Assembly (NCBI GenBank): GCA_010909165.1
Contig: VJWM01000345.1
Span: 1 to 49,312 of the forward strand
Direction: 5' to 3'
DNA length: 49,312 bases
From: Anthoceros angustus
Lineage: Eukaryota > Plantae > Anthocerotophyta
Shown: one piece after another, positions 38,886-49,312 of the stretch
How the letters are laid out: every line of letters begins with the position of its first letter
How positions within the stretch are numbered: the first letter of the stretch is position 1
Made by a program: the position numbers and the translations under genes
Notes under the pieces: model-generated
What the model saw: only the letters and a program-made list of their open reading frames with translations
What the model was told of the DNA's origin: nothing
Database searches by the model: none

Positions 38886-41800
38886 TGTGACTACGGACTT
38901 TGGGGGGGGTAGGTAGGGTTTTGTAGGAGTGAAGGATAAAATGAGGCGAAAAAGGGGAAATAAGCATGGATAGCACTCGACGACTGAGTATACTCCGACC
39001 GAGTGAGGAACGCACAGACCTACTATGGCAGCGCCGGGTAACGGGATAAGTCCGACCCACCTGTGACCGTGATAAGTACGCCAGGAAAGTAACTTAGAGT
39101 TGAGCCGTGACGACCAGGCGACGCCACGTGACGACTCGAGTGGAGGACGCATGCAGCCAGACCGAATGCTGAGGCCATAGTAGTATTCACGCCGCGACCG
39201 CGCGGCGAGTACGCGCGCAAAGGCGAGTACGCGCGCAAGGCCGCAGTAAGGCGGCAATAAGCCATGCACGCGCTACAGGAAGAGGCGCCCGCCGTTACTC
39301 AAGGCGCGGCCGCGGGAAGGTCTGCCGCGCAGCCGAGACACGCGATCTCGCGCCCGCAACCGCTCTCCGCGTATCTCGTGGACACTCAGACGCCGCCGCT
39401 CACCGCTGAGGTCGAGCAACAACGCGCGAAGGCGCAACGCGCTGCAGCCTCCGGCCAAGCGCCACAAGAACCAAGGGAGGAGAAGGCGGCACCCAAAAGC
39501 CCGCGAAGTTTGGGAGCCATGGAACCTTGTGGAGCGCAACATTGTGACCCGCTATCCGGACTTTGGGCCCGCCCAGAAGGGGAGAATTGGTGCAGGAGTG
39601 GCATTTGGATGTTCCATGGTCCGACATTTGATAGTGTCACCGTCCGGAGTTCGCCCAAGATGCGGGCGGTCAATAAGGAGGTGCGGTCCAAGAACCTCCG
39701 GAGGACCCAAGGCGATGGACCTTGAGGTCCCGAGGGCCTACAACCGCCCAAAGGAGGAAGAGGGGAGGGTGCCGAGCCCTCAAGGCGGGAAGATAGGGCC
39801 CACAGCATGCCGAGGCTCGACGCAGACCACCAACGGTTGGTCGATATCCGACCGCTGACAATGAGTAAGGTAGCCCGGATCATTGTCCATCGAACCTACT
39901 ACCAAGGTGGATCACCTTGGTGATAATGCTGGTATTCCCGCACGCTGCAATGGGAAGAGGGCGGACTGGGAAGGATTATCTTCGCCTTTAGCTGTGAGGC
40001 TCGCAAGCTCGGACCGAGAAGCCTCGCCATCTGGGCCGCCCCATACCCGATCCATGTATGGGGGCATTTCGAGCTCCTCAAGGAAGGAGAGCTTGAGCGA
40101 GCGCCCAAAGGACCTGAGGCCCCGCCAAGTGGAGCGGCAAGGGCGCCGAGGGAGGAGGCCGATCCGAAAGCCAAACGGACCCGGAGGAGGACGATCGAGG
40201 ATTCCTGACTCATACCTGAACGGACCCCTCACCACCTGTGGAAGTATGGAAGAAATTCCCGCCTCCTCCTCGTGCCCCAACCAGCCCCAAAGGAAGCTGC
40301 CACCTCAGCCCCCGCCACCGCCATCACTCCTACCGAGGAGCCCCGACTGTGAGGGAGCCAAGAGACGCAAGACCACGGCTACCAACGCTGCACCTGTGGC
40401 CAAGATTCTCCCCCGCCACCTGAGTGGCAAGAAGCGGAGGAAGCGGTGAAGGAGGGCGAAGGGACGCCTGTGGAGCAGGAGGACACCGCAGCACTGCACT
40501 CGAGCCGGTCCGCTGCCTGTGAAGGGCAAAAGGCTTGCTCCTGACTCCTCACCTCCGAGCCCTGTGAGGAAAAGGGCGGAGAAGGAGCTGCCAAAAGGGC
40601 CAAGGAGGGGAAGCCCGAGCCAAAGACTCGTGACCTAAGGGTCCCGATTAGGTCCGGAGAACCCACCGACTTACTCCGACGGTATGGAGGTCCGGCGATC
40701 GTGAGATGCCGGCCCCGCCACGGACTTTGTGGGAGCCTCTCACAGCCGCCGGAAGAAACACGGCGGTCCCTGCTACCCATGGACAGATGCCTGGGGTCCG
40801 GATGGCCGAGAAGACCTGTGGAGGTAGAAGCCACCCGAGGCGCATGGTACTCCGTGAGCAGCTTGGAGGGAGCCTGTGAGGCAGAAGGAAGGCCAAGCCT
40901 CGGCCGGATTGAGGAGGGAAACGCCGAGGCGAGAGGGAGGTCCGTCCATCCGCAAGGACCGACTAAATTCCTTCACCGAGGAGCAACAAGGTGCCAAGGA
41001 GGCCCAAGCGGCGGAGGACCTCGCAGTGAGGGGCGAGCGCAACAGAAGGAGGACGCCCGGCGCAGCGGCGGGCGCGGATCCGCGAGGCAGCCTGACCGAC
41101 CAGCCAAGCCGGAGAGGCTGTGAAGGTGGCCAAGGAGGCGAGGCCACGGGCGGCCGATCGCGATCACTATCGGCGTGATCGAACCGTGGAGGGAGGCGGC
41201 CGAGAGAGCCACGCCAACAAGGCCGAGCAGTGGCATGGAGCAAGCACGACGAGCTGCAAACACCGGAGGCCAAGACCCGGAAATCGGGGACCCTGTGGCG
41301 CAAGCAGGAGAAGGAGGCGCAGGAGTTGGAGGACAAGAAGGACACCTTGGAGTTACAACCCAAGACGCTTGGAGCAAAAGGAATTCTCAATGGGAGAATC
41401 CAGACTTCGAGCGAGATAGAGCGCCCACTCAAGATGGAGCAGGAGGTGGCGGAGCAAGCGGACCAGCCAAGAAGTTCGCAAGGAGATGGAGGATCTCCAC
41501 TCAGCCCGGAGGTGGAGCAGCAGGCGGTGAGATGGAGGACTAAGGAGACTTTGAGCCGCAGCCCAAACTATCATTGAGAGGAATGGTAGTTCAGACATGG
41601 TCGCGAACGCGAAAAATAGAGCGGCCCGCCTGCTGGACGAGCCGGAAGGCGGCGGAATGGAGGACGCCGCCGAGATGGAGAAGGGCTCGGTGAAGCCCGG
41701 CCCGCAAGTTGCCCACCGTCCGAGGGAGATGGCGGAGCACAAATGTAATGGACAAAGAGGCGAGGGCGCCGAAGTGAAGAAGCCGCCGTCCACCGAGGAA

Positions 41801-43331
41801 GTTTGAAGGAACGCCGGCTATGGCGGCAAGCCGCAGGAACGGAAGCGGAGGGAGTTGGAGCAAGTGGAGCAACAATGACGCGGAGGTGACCGAGGCCGGG
41901 CACCTCAAGGAAGCTGCCCGGCCCATATCAAACCCCGGGAGGTGGAGCAACAAGTGGCAACAGCTCACTCCGAGCACCTATGGCGAAGGGAGTACGGTGC
42001 TCACACGTGGAAGAGGCAATCCAGCAAGTGGATTCGGACTTTGCCTATTACCACGCCGAGCTCCCGGCAGAGGCCCCCCTCCGCAAGACGGACCCCCGGA
42101 AGGCCTGAGGGGAAGAAGGGCACAGAGGACCCTAGGGGCCCTGCTTGGAGACGACGGCAAGGAGGAGAGCCCCAAGAGGAGCGGGACGCAGCTGACCCTA
42201 AGGTAAGTTCACCACCACCCGATCCGAAGGGGGGTGAGGGCCCGAAGGGTGCAGGGAGGGAGCCAACCCAACCAAGACAAGGGTCTGGGTAAGGAGGAGG
42301 ACCTAGCAAGACGAGGTCCATGGAAGGGGTCCGAGTTTGGGACCGGACTCAAAGTTCGACCCCGAGGTCCGAACCCCGAGACGAGGCCGGACCCACGACT
42401 CAGAAAGGACCCTGAGTTCAGTTCGAGTCGAGACCGACCTCGAGGTCGGACTCGGCAAGAAGGAGGAGCCCCTCGACTTACTAGGGGAGAGGATAGCGTG
42501 GCCCCAGGGGGAGGGGAGGCCTGGGAGGATGACGTGGTAACGGCGGTCGCCGACCGCACGCCCAACTCAGGATTCCGGAGAGGAGGGGTCTACCGGATCA
42601 TCCGATTGGGTGCGCCGCAATCCGACGGAGATTGGACCACCAATCCCAAGGGAACTCGACCTTCCACCCACCGCCGCGGAGATAGGGGAGGGAATAGGAT
42701 GGTAGGCGGCCGATTAGGGCATACCGAAATGGCCACCGTAATATAAAGACGCCGACCGGGCGTAGTATAAGAGGGCCGCCTCAATAAATCATCTTCTTGG
42801 TGTTGATGCCGTTTCTGCACCTTGTGTGTCTTCTTGCTAACGTGAGTCCCGAGTCACCGAAAGGTGCACCGGAGGGATTGACTGTGGTCCCGTGACGACC
42901 TAACGTGGTGGTGTGCGTGGAAGGGTGATCGGGACCCGTGCTCGCCCAGCCGCGCTGCCGCCGAACGGACCGGAACGTGAGCCGGAGGGACTTGAGGGCG
43001 CAGGCCCTGGACGAGAGGCCCGAGAACGCGAGGAGGTCCGGACCGTAACCTGCCTTTTCCTTAAGACCGATAAGTGTAGTGTGAGGAGAGAGGAACGACG
43101 AGGTGTGAGAGACGAACGGAACGAACGGACGCGAACGGGTCTTAAACGCTTGGCCATACCGCCTGCGGTGTGTTTGTCGCGAGTAGTTAGACGTGAAAGT
43201 GTGCGCTGGGACCGAAAGTAAAGTAAGACGAATCAAACGTCAAGAACGGAGTCCGCTATTCCCTTGGGAACGAACTCCTTCCTACAACGACACGGATTGT
43301 GCGCGCCTAATGCCGAAAACGTCGCGCCTAC
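38886..43331 (+). repeat. 3' LTR (~4446 bp)
   Basis: Starts TGTGACTACGGACT and ends ...CGGATTGTGCGCGCC...GTCGCGCCTAC; the terminal CA is imperfect. Confidence 0.85.
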
Positions 43332-43337
43332 GTAAAT

Positions 43338-45445
43338 CTAGGGAGAAAGTCCTCCGCCTTTGTCACGACCACTGAGCGCCACGAGGAAGTGGCCTAGAAA
43401 GGATGGAACCCGCAGAGGGACCTAGTCCGATCGACGGCAGCTGCTGGCGCAATGGCAACACAGACTCGCACCGGTATAGAAGCGGTAAGTGGTTGTGGCC
43501 GCCGAGTCACGATCGGTGGCTTGGTTTGGATGAAGAATGGTGGTGGCGGAGTTGGCGGTTCATCGAGTGGAGCGGATGTTGCCAGAGGCCGGTGGACACT
43601 AAAAGCAACCCCACCCTGCAAGTCCTTCCCCAAGAGGAAGGGGAAAGCGGGCTCAGACCCTTCGCCACCACCGACCATAAGGAATGAGAAGGAACCGCCA
43701 CCAAAGGCCAAGGAGGTAGAGGGACCGCGCTACCGATAGTCGGATTAAGGGCTTCTCGTTTGCAGCACGGACTAGCTCCGTGAGAGCGGTCCGGCACTCT
43801 TGGTGGATCGAGGGATGCCGCCCCGTGGAGGGAAGGGAACTTGCCGGGCGGTGGGATGCGAAGGGCGGCCGTGGCGGCGATGGAATGGCCTAGAGTCTCT
43901 TCCGTGCACTAGAAGACCCATGAAGTGGAGGCCCCGTGGCAACGGATGGTGGAGCCGCAAGGGCAAGTAGAGGCGCCCAGACGGCTAGGAAGGCGGACCT
44001 GCCCAGTTGAGGAAGAGAAGCGCCGGGCAATGGAGCGGGACGCCAGTCCGCTGGGGACCAAGCCAAGGTCCTGGGCTAACTCAGGCGATCACCGGGCGCA
44101 AGAGGCCAAGGACTGGGAGGCTTTGAGCCGGAGTCCCAAGCGCAGCAGACATGGAGGGAAGCGCGGAGGACGGAGGAGGTCGCTATGAGGGTCCTCTTGA
44201 AGAGGCCAAGAAAGATGCCAAGTCCATCTAGCAAAAGGAGCCTTGGAGGCCTTGGAGGCAGAATGAAGTCGGGATGGACAAGGAAGAAGAATAAGGCGGA
44301 TTGAGAGTCTTATCACGCGACAAGACCGGCTAAGGGAAGAGGTTGGAATAGCGGTGACGGGAGAAGTTGGAGTAGGGAGGTCCCCTCGCGTGAGAGACCC
44401 GACCAGAGCCCTTTGGAGGGCTGGGGCCATGCATCTAAGCGAGATGCATGAAAGGTTGGGAGCTAACGGACCCACCAACCAACAGGGGAGATAGGAGGAG
44501 GCCCCGACATGCCACGTTAGCGGAGAAGGAGGTCCCAGCACAGGCTTCGAAGCGATAGAGCGGAGAAGGAAGCCTTGTAGGCGATCCTGGACCTTGAGTA
44601 GGAGGTGGCTCACCCGCTACAATGTCGGGATGATGGAGGCCTATACCAAGAGATGAGGTCATGAGCTCAAGGAAGTTAGTACGGCTGAGACGATCCAAAT
44701 GAGAGATGAGAGCACTGGTATGTGAAAGATGCGGAAGCATCAAGCGGAGGAGGCGGATTGTCCCGAGCCACGGTATGAAACCAAGTTCGCCTCCCTAACG
44801 GCTCAAATTGGGCCCTCAGATGAGCAAGAGATGGAGCGGGCCAGGCGGCTCCGGAGTCGACAAAGGCCTCCCTAGGTGCCTCAGTGGACGAACGTGCAAG
44901 GTTGGAGGAGCCCAGGTAGTGAAGCACGCAGCTGCTGGAGCTGCACGCTTGCCAAACACCCATGGGGCGCAAGTACCACGTCTTTGAGGCGCATGTGGAG
45001 GAGCGGCCATCCAAAGGTGGACTCGGACTCACGTACTACCACACGGAGTTGTTGAAGGTGGTGAGCGTAGACACACCGGCGGAGGCGAGGGACTCCGTGA
45101 GGAGTCGCAGAGCCGACAAGAGAAGGTTCAAGACTCCGACATAGGGAACCTAGACGCCTGGGGCTTGAGACGGAGCGTGGGGAGGCCGAGCGGAGGTGGA
45201 TGGGTACGGAGGAATGGACACACCGGGATCGCCAGCCCAGCCCAACGAGGTATGCTCCCGACCCCGGGAGCGGGTCAAGACGCCCAGCGAAGGTAGTCGG
45301 TAAGGGTGGGGAGCTGGAGCGCGGAGGAGCGAACTTTTGGGACAAAAGAAGTCCGCTCACGAGGCGGGGACAAAGCGTAACGGAGCTCAAGACTGCTGCA
45401 TCATGACACCGAGGTAGCTCCTGCACTCCTCTCTGACAGGGATCG
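43338..45445 (+). mobile_element. Right part of the older related element, apparently truncated
   Basis: GC-rich, purine-biased coding-like sequence with AHVEERPSKGGLGLTYYHTEL (44962..45144) matching SGFDFAYYHTEL in the LTR frame. Abrupt return to AT-rich DNA at ~45450. Confidence 0.65.
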
Positions 45446-45899
45446 TGACTTTACAAAATAGATATTTTTCATATTCATTCCCATGTATGTAAACTCATTG
45501 ACTTCATATTTCATCAAATATCATCAAATATGAATTTTCCATAATTATTTTATCCAGCTCAAAATTTACTCAAGTAAGTAAATCGCCTTGAATTTTACTG
45601 GGAATCATTTTTCACATTTTCTTTTCTAATTCTATAGCTCTCAATACTATCTACAACTTATTACATCAGAGCAGCGTAAACAATTTTAATTAAAAGTCCT
45701 CATTTTCAAATCATTGTACTAAAACTATTTACAAACTTTGTCATTTTATATCTCCTTCCACAAAAAATCCAATGAAGATGAGGCTTAGTCCATGTACTTC
45801 ATACTACTTTTGAGACTACCTAAAAGAGAGTCTATTGTTGTTTATTGTGAGATATTTCAAATTCTTCTAAAGGTGACAAAGTGACATGTTGCCCTTGTT

Positions 45900-48300
45900 T
45901 CGCTTTGTTACCAATCGATAGTGAATACCCAAACCATAACACCCAACTCGCATGTCAAGTAACCCTTGTTCGGCGTTGACAAAACATACTTTTCTTCAAG
46001 ATGTCCCAAACCCTTGAGGTTGATGATGCCGCCGCCGAGGTAAGTGTCCTTCATAAAGCATGATGTTTGCTCGCCTTTTGGTCTTTCAAGTCCCATGCGA
46101 CCTACTTCCAAAACAGTCGTCGAGGCATGTGCGACCATTCCACCCGCAGTGGAATAGCCGCCTCATCTCCATCCAAGAATTAGAAGATGCCATTTCTAGG
46201 AAGAAAGGTTCACTTAAAAAATACTATCTACTAACAATAATAGCTTAAAGAGGATAGGGCAATCTTGAGATTTCCAGCTAAGGGGTAGCTAATAATTCAA
46301 TATGATTGAACTTAATCAAAGAAAAAATATTCTATAAAACGAATAGGTAAGTAGGTGGAAGAAATAGAGACAAAGTGTGAGAGGGTAGAGGTAAGAGAGA
46401 GGGGTAATAAGGGTGCCCCATCCACCGGTCGAAATCGGGTGAGGAGGAGGCGGTAATAGGTGGAGGAGGCGGGTGGAGGAGGGCGGGGCGCGCCTCCACC
46501 GCCTCCACCTCCACCCCACACCGCGTTTAATGACCGGGCCACGCCAACCAGCACACCGCTCGTCCACCACGGGCCGACCACAGGATACCACGCCATGGTG
46601 CGTTGGTTCAGGTCGTATTTGGTTCGTGACGCCAACAAGAACCGCAAGCAGCGGTGATTGGCCCCACGCGCTTACGACACACGCTTCCGCACGCTTGGCG
46701 TTTGGCGATGGAGGCCGAGAAATCCTCAAAAGTTCTGAAATTGTCAATTCCTACGGCGGGATGCCATTTGCCTAGGACGTCAAGGTGCCATTCAAAGATG
46801 TCAGTGCGGCGGTGAATTGATCCTCAAATATCCTGCAGTGTGGCATTCAACTTACCTTGGCGTGCAGCGATGATCTACCAATTTCTCCACTTGATTGCGA
46901 AATTTGGGCTGAATTGTTGGGCACAGTGTTGCACGTGGGAGGATTGCCAATGTAAGGGCATCAAATCTATGTGTTCTTATAGCAAATCCTTGCACAAAGC
47001 AATCCATGGGCTTGTAGGCACTAGAGGCATTCATTCGGGTGGCCTTGACGAGATAGGTAGGGACTACATTCTCAACCCCTCATACCATCGAAATCGGGAA
47101 GGATCGATCGATGTGGGGAATGGAGAATAAGGGAGAATTAATTGAGATAGGCTCACAACGAGCCTTTGTACACGCAGTGATATGTGTTGATGAGGAGGTG
47201 TGACTCTGGATGGGGTGTGGCCCTAACGGCCATCTTGCCTATGTACCGCTTATAGGAGATGTTTGCATATTCCATCTGAGATGACAAGATCTCATCATAC
47301 ACTTCAGCCTTCAAGAGAAGAAGCGCCTTCCCTAAGCGGTGCGTGTACGTAGTACTTGGATGATCTCCGCCGTAGTTGCTGCAGTGCGATGTCATTGGCT
47401 TTCTTAAGTGCCGCCTCGGCCTGGAGTTGGACCCGGCTTCCACCACCTTGCAAGTGGACGCCCAGCCCAATTTACAATAGGTGTCATTGTTGAGAATCAA
47501 CACCTATTTGTGTTTGGGAGGGTTTTCCGGCGTTAAATACAATGCAATCGGACCAAGCTACCTCAATGTATTGACTCTCGAGCAATCTTGGTATGGAGTA
47601 TGAGTAACTTTGCGGTGAGTAGGAGTATCTTGAGGAGTATGAGCAATCTTGCATGGTGGTCGGGTGACTGAGTCAAGGGCTCATGTGGTAGGAGCACGGG
47701 CGTAGTAAAACGATGGATGCTTTCACTCAAAGTGCGAGCAAGCCTGAACATAGTGTGCATGTAAACCAAAAGACGCCTACCTCACCATCTTCAACTGCGG
47801 CCACAAAACTAAGACAACCACCGCCACAAAAGATAGTAGAGCGAACACCTTAAAGCTTGATGGAGGACTGCATGGAAGTTAGGACCACAAAACTTTGGAA
47901 ATGCTCTTCACCTAATCATGTGGCTAAAGGCAGAGTAATGTCATGTTATCCAATACATGTATGAATTTTTTTTCCAGTTGCATCCTAACTTTTGTTCTTG
48001 TACCTGTAGGTGGCTGCCAAACAACCAGCAAAAAAATTGCATGGGTGAAAGAGCGTTATCTCCGCACCACCGCATTTATCGAATCTCTAACTTGCGAGTT
48101 GGTACGGCCGCCTAGCCGTTGCTTGAGAGGTTGCCACTCCAGGTCAAGACCCACAAATTGGAAATTTTGCCTTCCTTCACTTCTGGAAATTGCTGCGATA
48201 TTCTTCTACAAGCCAGATCCTCATTGGGCTCTAGCTCCTAGTTTCGGGGCGCACCGAAATCTTCTAGCGCTGGTGCCACCATTGGCATGGCGTGGCAGGA
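45900..48300 (-). mobile_element. Highly degraded retroelement gag/protease-like remnant (tentative)
   Basis: Zinc-knuckle-like HCSNYGGDHPSTTY (ORF 47153..47503) and LTLAIL...PKFRNQVEKLV resembling Gypsy gag-protease linkers; no intact domain. Confidence 0.35.
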
Positions 48301-48675
48301 ACACCGACAAGCAAACAAAGCCGTAGTGGCCAAAAGAAAGGACAAGGGCGGGCGATGAAGACCGAGTGGGGTTGCCCTAGTCACATGGTAGTTGTGAAAG
48401 AGGGAGGCGCATAGCACCGCTGTGGATCGCGGATCCACAAATCTACTAGGAGTACCCAAATGGATTCATATAAATCTAATACGCTAAATACTTCACGGAT
48501 ACTTAAGTATTTACTTTATTTCGTGATAACTGAATCCTATTAAAAGACTCAACAATGACACGCCATAATAGCACGTAGAAAATTCTCTAAGCTTGATAAT
48601 TTCTGCCACCCTCTTGGTGACCAGTGCTCCGCTATTCACGGTCGCAAGTTACGGCCAGTTCATGATGGTCGTCGG

Positions 48676-48720
48676 TCGGACAAAACTAAGGGTCCGCGAG
48701 GACCCTTAGTCTTCGTCCGA
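48676..48720 (-). terminator. Intrinsic terminator-like hairpin
   Basis: ACTAAGGGTCC-GCGA-GGACCCTTAGT is a perfect 11-bp stem extended by TCGGAC/GTCCGA. On the minus strand it runs into a short T-run and overlaps the small ORF's stop codon. Confidence 0.65.
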
Positions 48721-48864
48721 TTGGTATCGGAAGCATCCGTTTCGCTGGCGCTCGAAGTCCCGCTGCAGGACACGTTCGGTTTCGAAGAGCCCCAGCGTCA
48801 GATCCTCGTCGAAGTCGCGCAGGATAGTCTGCAGGCTGATGTCCTCATGGTGCGAAAACAGCAT
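48706..48864 (-). CDS. Small acidic hypothetical protein, 52 aa (absent from the supplied ORF track)
   Basis: Hand translation: MLFSHHEDISLQTILRDFDEDLTLGLFETERVLQRDFERQRNGCFRYQSDED*. AGAGGA lies 7 nt upstream of the ATG, and third codon positions are mostly G/C. Confidence 0.6.
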   Translation of the reverse strand: MLFSHHEDISLQTILRDFDEDLTLGLFETERVLQRDFERQRNGCFRYQSDED

Positions 48865-48887
48865 CGTCAGGTCCTCTGAGAGGAGAA

Positions 48888-48911
48888 ACCCTCCGGCGAG
48901 GCCGGGAGGGT
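48888..48911 (-). terminator. GC-rich hairpin downstream of ssb
   Basis: ACCCTCCGGC-GAG-GCCGG(G)AGGGT lies ~15 nt after the ssb stop and is followed by a short T-run on the minus strand. Confidence 0.55.
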
Positions 48912-48925
48912 CTGTCAGCGGCCGA

Positions 48926-49309
48926 TTAGAACGGGGTCTCTTCGGTCTCCGCCTGATGCTGTTCGGCTTGCTGGTCTTCGCGTTCGACCCGGTCCAGCAG
49001 AGTGATCTGGCTGATGCGGATCTCGGTCGTGTACTTGGTCTCGCCGTTCTGGGTGTAGGACTTGTTGTCCAGGGTGCCGACGATCTGGACGTAGCGGCCC
49101 GTTGCGTTCGATGAAGGCGACGGTGGCCGGCGACCAGGTGAAAGGCGGAACCACTGGGGCTTCTGCTTCCATTCGCCCGTGTTGCGGTCCTTGTAGCTCT
49201 CGTTGACGCAGAGGCGCAGGTTGGCCACGCGGTCGCCGCTACCCATGCTGCGGATCTCCGGGTCAGCGCCCAGGTTGCCGATCATGATGACTTGTTGGAA
49301 CGATTGCAT
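48926..49309 (-). CDS. ssb: Bacterial-type single-stranded DNA-binding protein (alphaproteobacterial plasmid/phage-like)
   Basis: QVIMIGNLGADPEIRSMGSGDRVANLRLCVNESYKDRNTGEWKQKPQWFR OB-fold, YTQNGETKYTTEI and acidic tip ETEETPF. No introns, high GC. A locally shifted segment (TWSPATVAFIERN) lies in the alternative frame near 49100-49140. Confidence 0.93.
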   Translation of the reverse strand: MQSFQQVIMIGNLGADPEIRSMGSGDRVANLRLCVNESYKDRNTGEWKQKPQWFRLSPGRRPPSPSSNATGRYVQIVGTLDNKSYTQNGETKYTTEIRISQITLLDRVEREDQQAEQHQAETEETPF

Positions 49310-49312
49310 CTG

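Larger units (their letters stand above)
30620..43331 (+). mobile_element. Ty3/Gypsy LTR retrotransposon with both LTRs, non-chromovirus (Athila/Tat-related branch)
   Basis: Two ~4.45-kb direct repeats, PBS, PPT and pol in PR-RT-RH-IN order. The flanks GAAAT (30615-19) and G(T)AAAT (43332-37) resemble a 5-bp target duplication. Confidence 0.88.

Noticed and set aside
31000-45400. Numerous overlapping minus-strand ORFs as antisense genes
   Set aside because: Expected in GC-rich DNA; all conserved motifs are on the + strand.
48926-49309. ssb as the plant nuclear-encoded mitochondrial SSB
   Set aside because: No introns, no transit peptide after the apparent ATG, a bacterial acidic PF tip, and bacterial-style neighbouring signals.

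Overview
This is eukaryotic land-plant nuclear DNA (short GT-AG introns and tight gene packing suggest a seed-free plant, by inference). It has frequent single-base indels typical of unpolished long reads, so most frameshifts cannot be read as real pseudogenisation. Host genes: a Nudix-like protein (-), head-to-head with an mPGES2-class GST (+); a SIP aquaporin present twice in a 1817-bp tandem duplication; and the peroxisomal PTS1 receptor PEX5. Mobile DNA dominates the rest: a chromovirus integrase end, a Copia RT/RNase H remnant, two PIF/Harbinger elements (one with both TIRs and a TCA target duplication), a TA-flanked MITE and degraded Gypsy pieces. The most notable element is a 12.7-kb Ty3/Gypsy element (30620-43331) with two ~4.45-kb LTRs. 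Each LTR carries a long sense-strand reading frame in U3, and the internal region looks like pol without a recognisable gag. It is inserted into a diverged relative encoding a homologous protein. The last ~700 bp are bacterial (plasmid/phage-like ssb, a 52-aa ORF with Shine-Dalgarno site, two hairpins), which means either a chimera or horizontal transfer.
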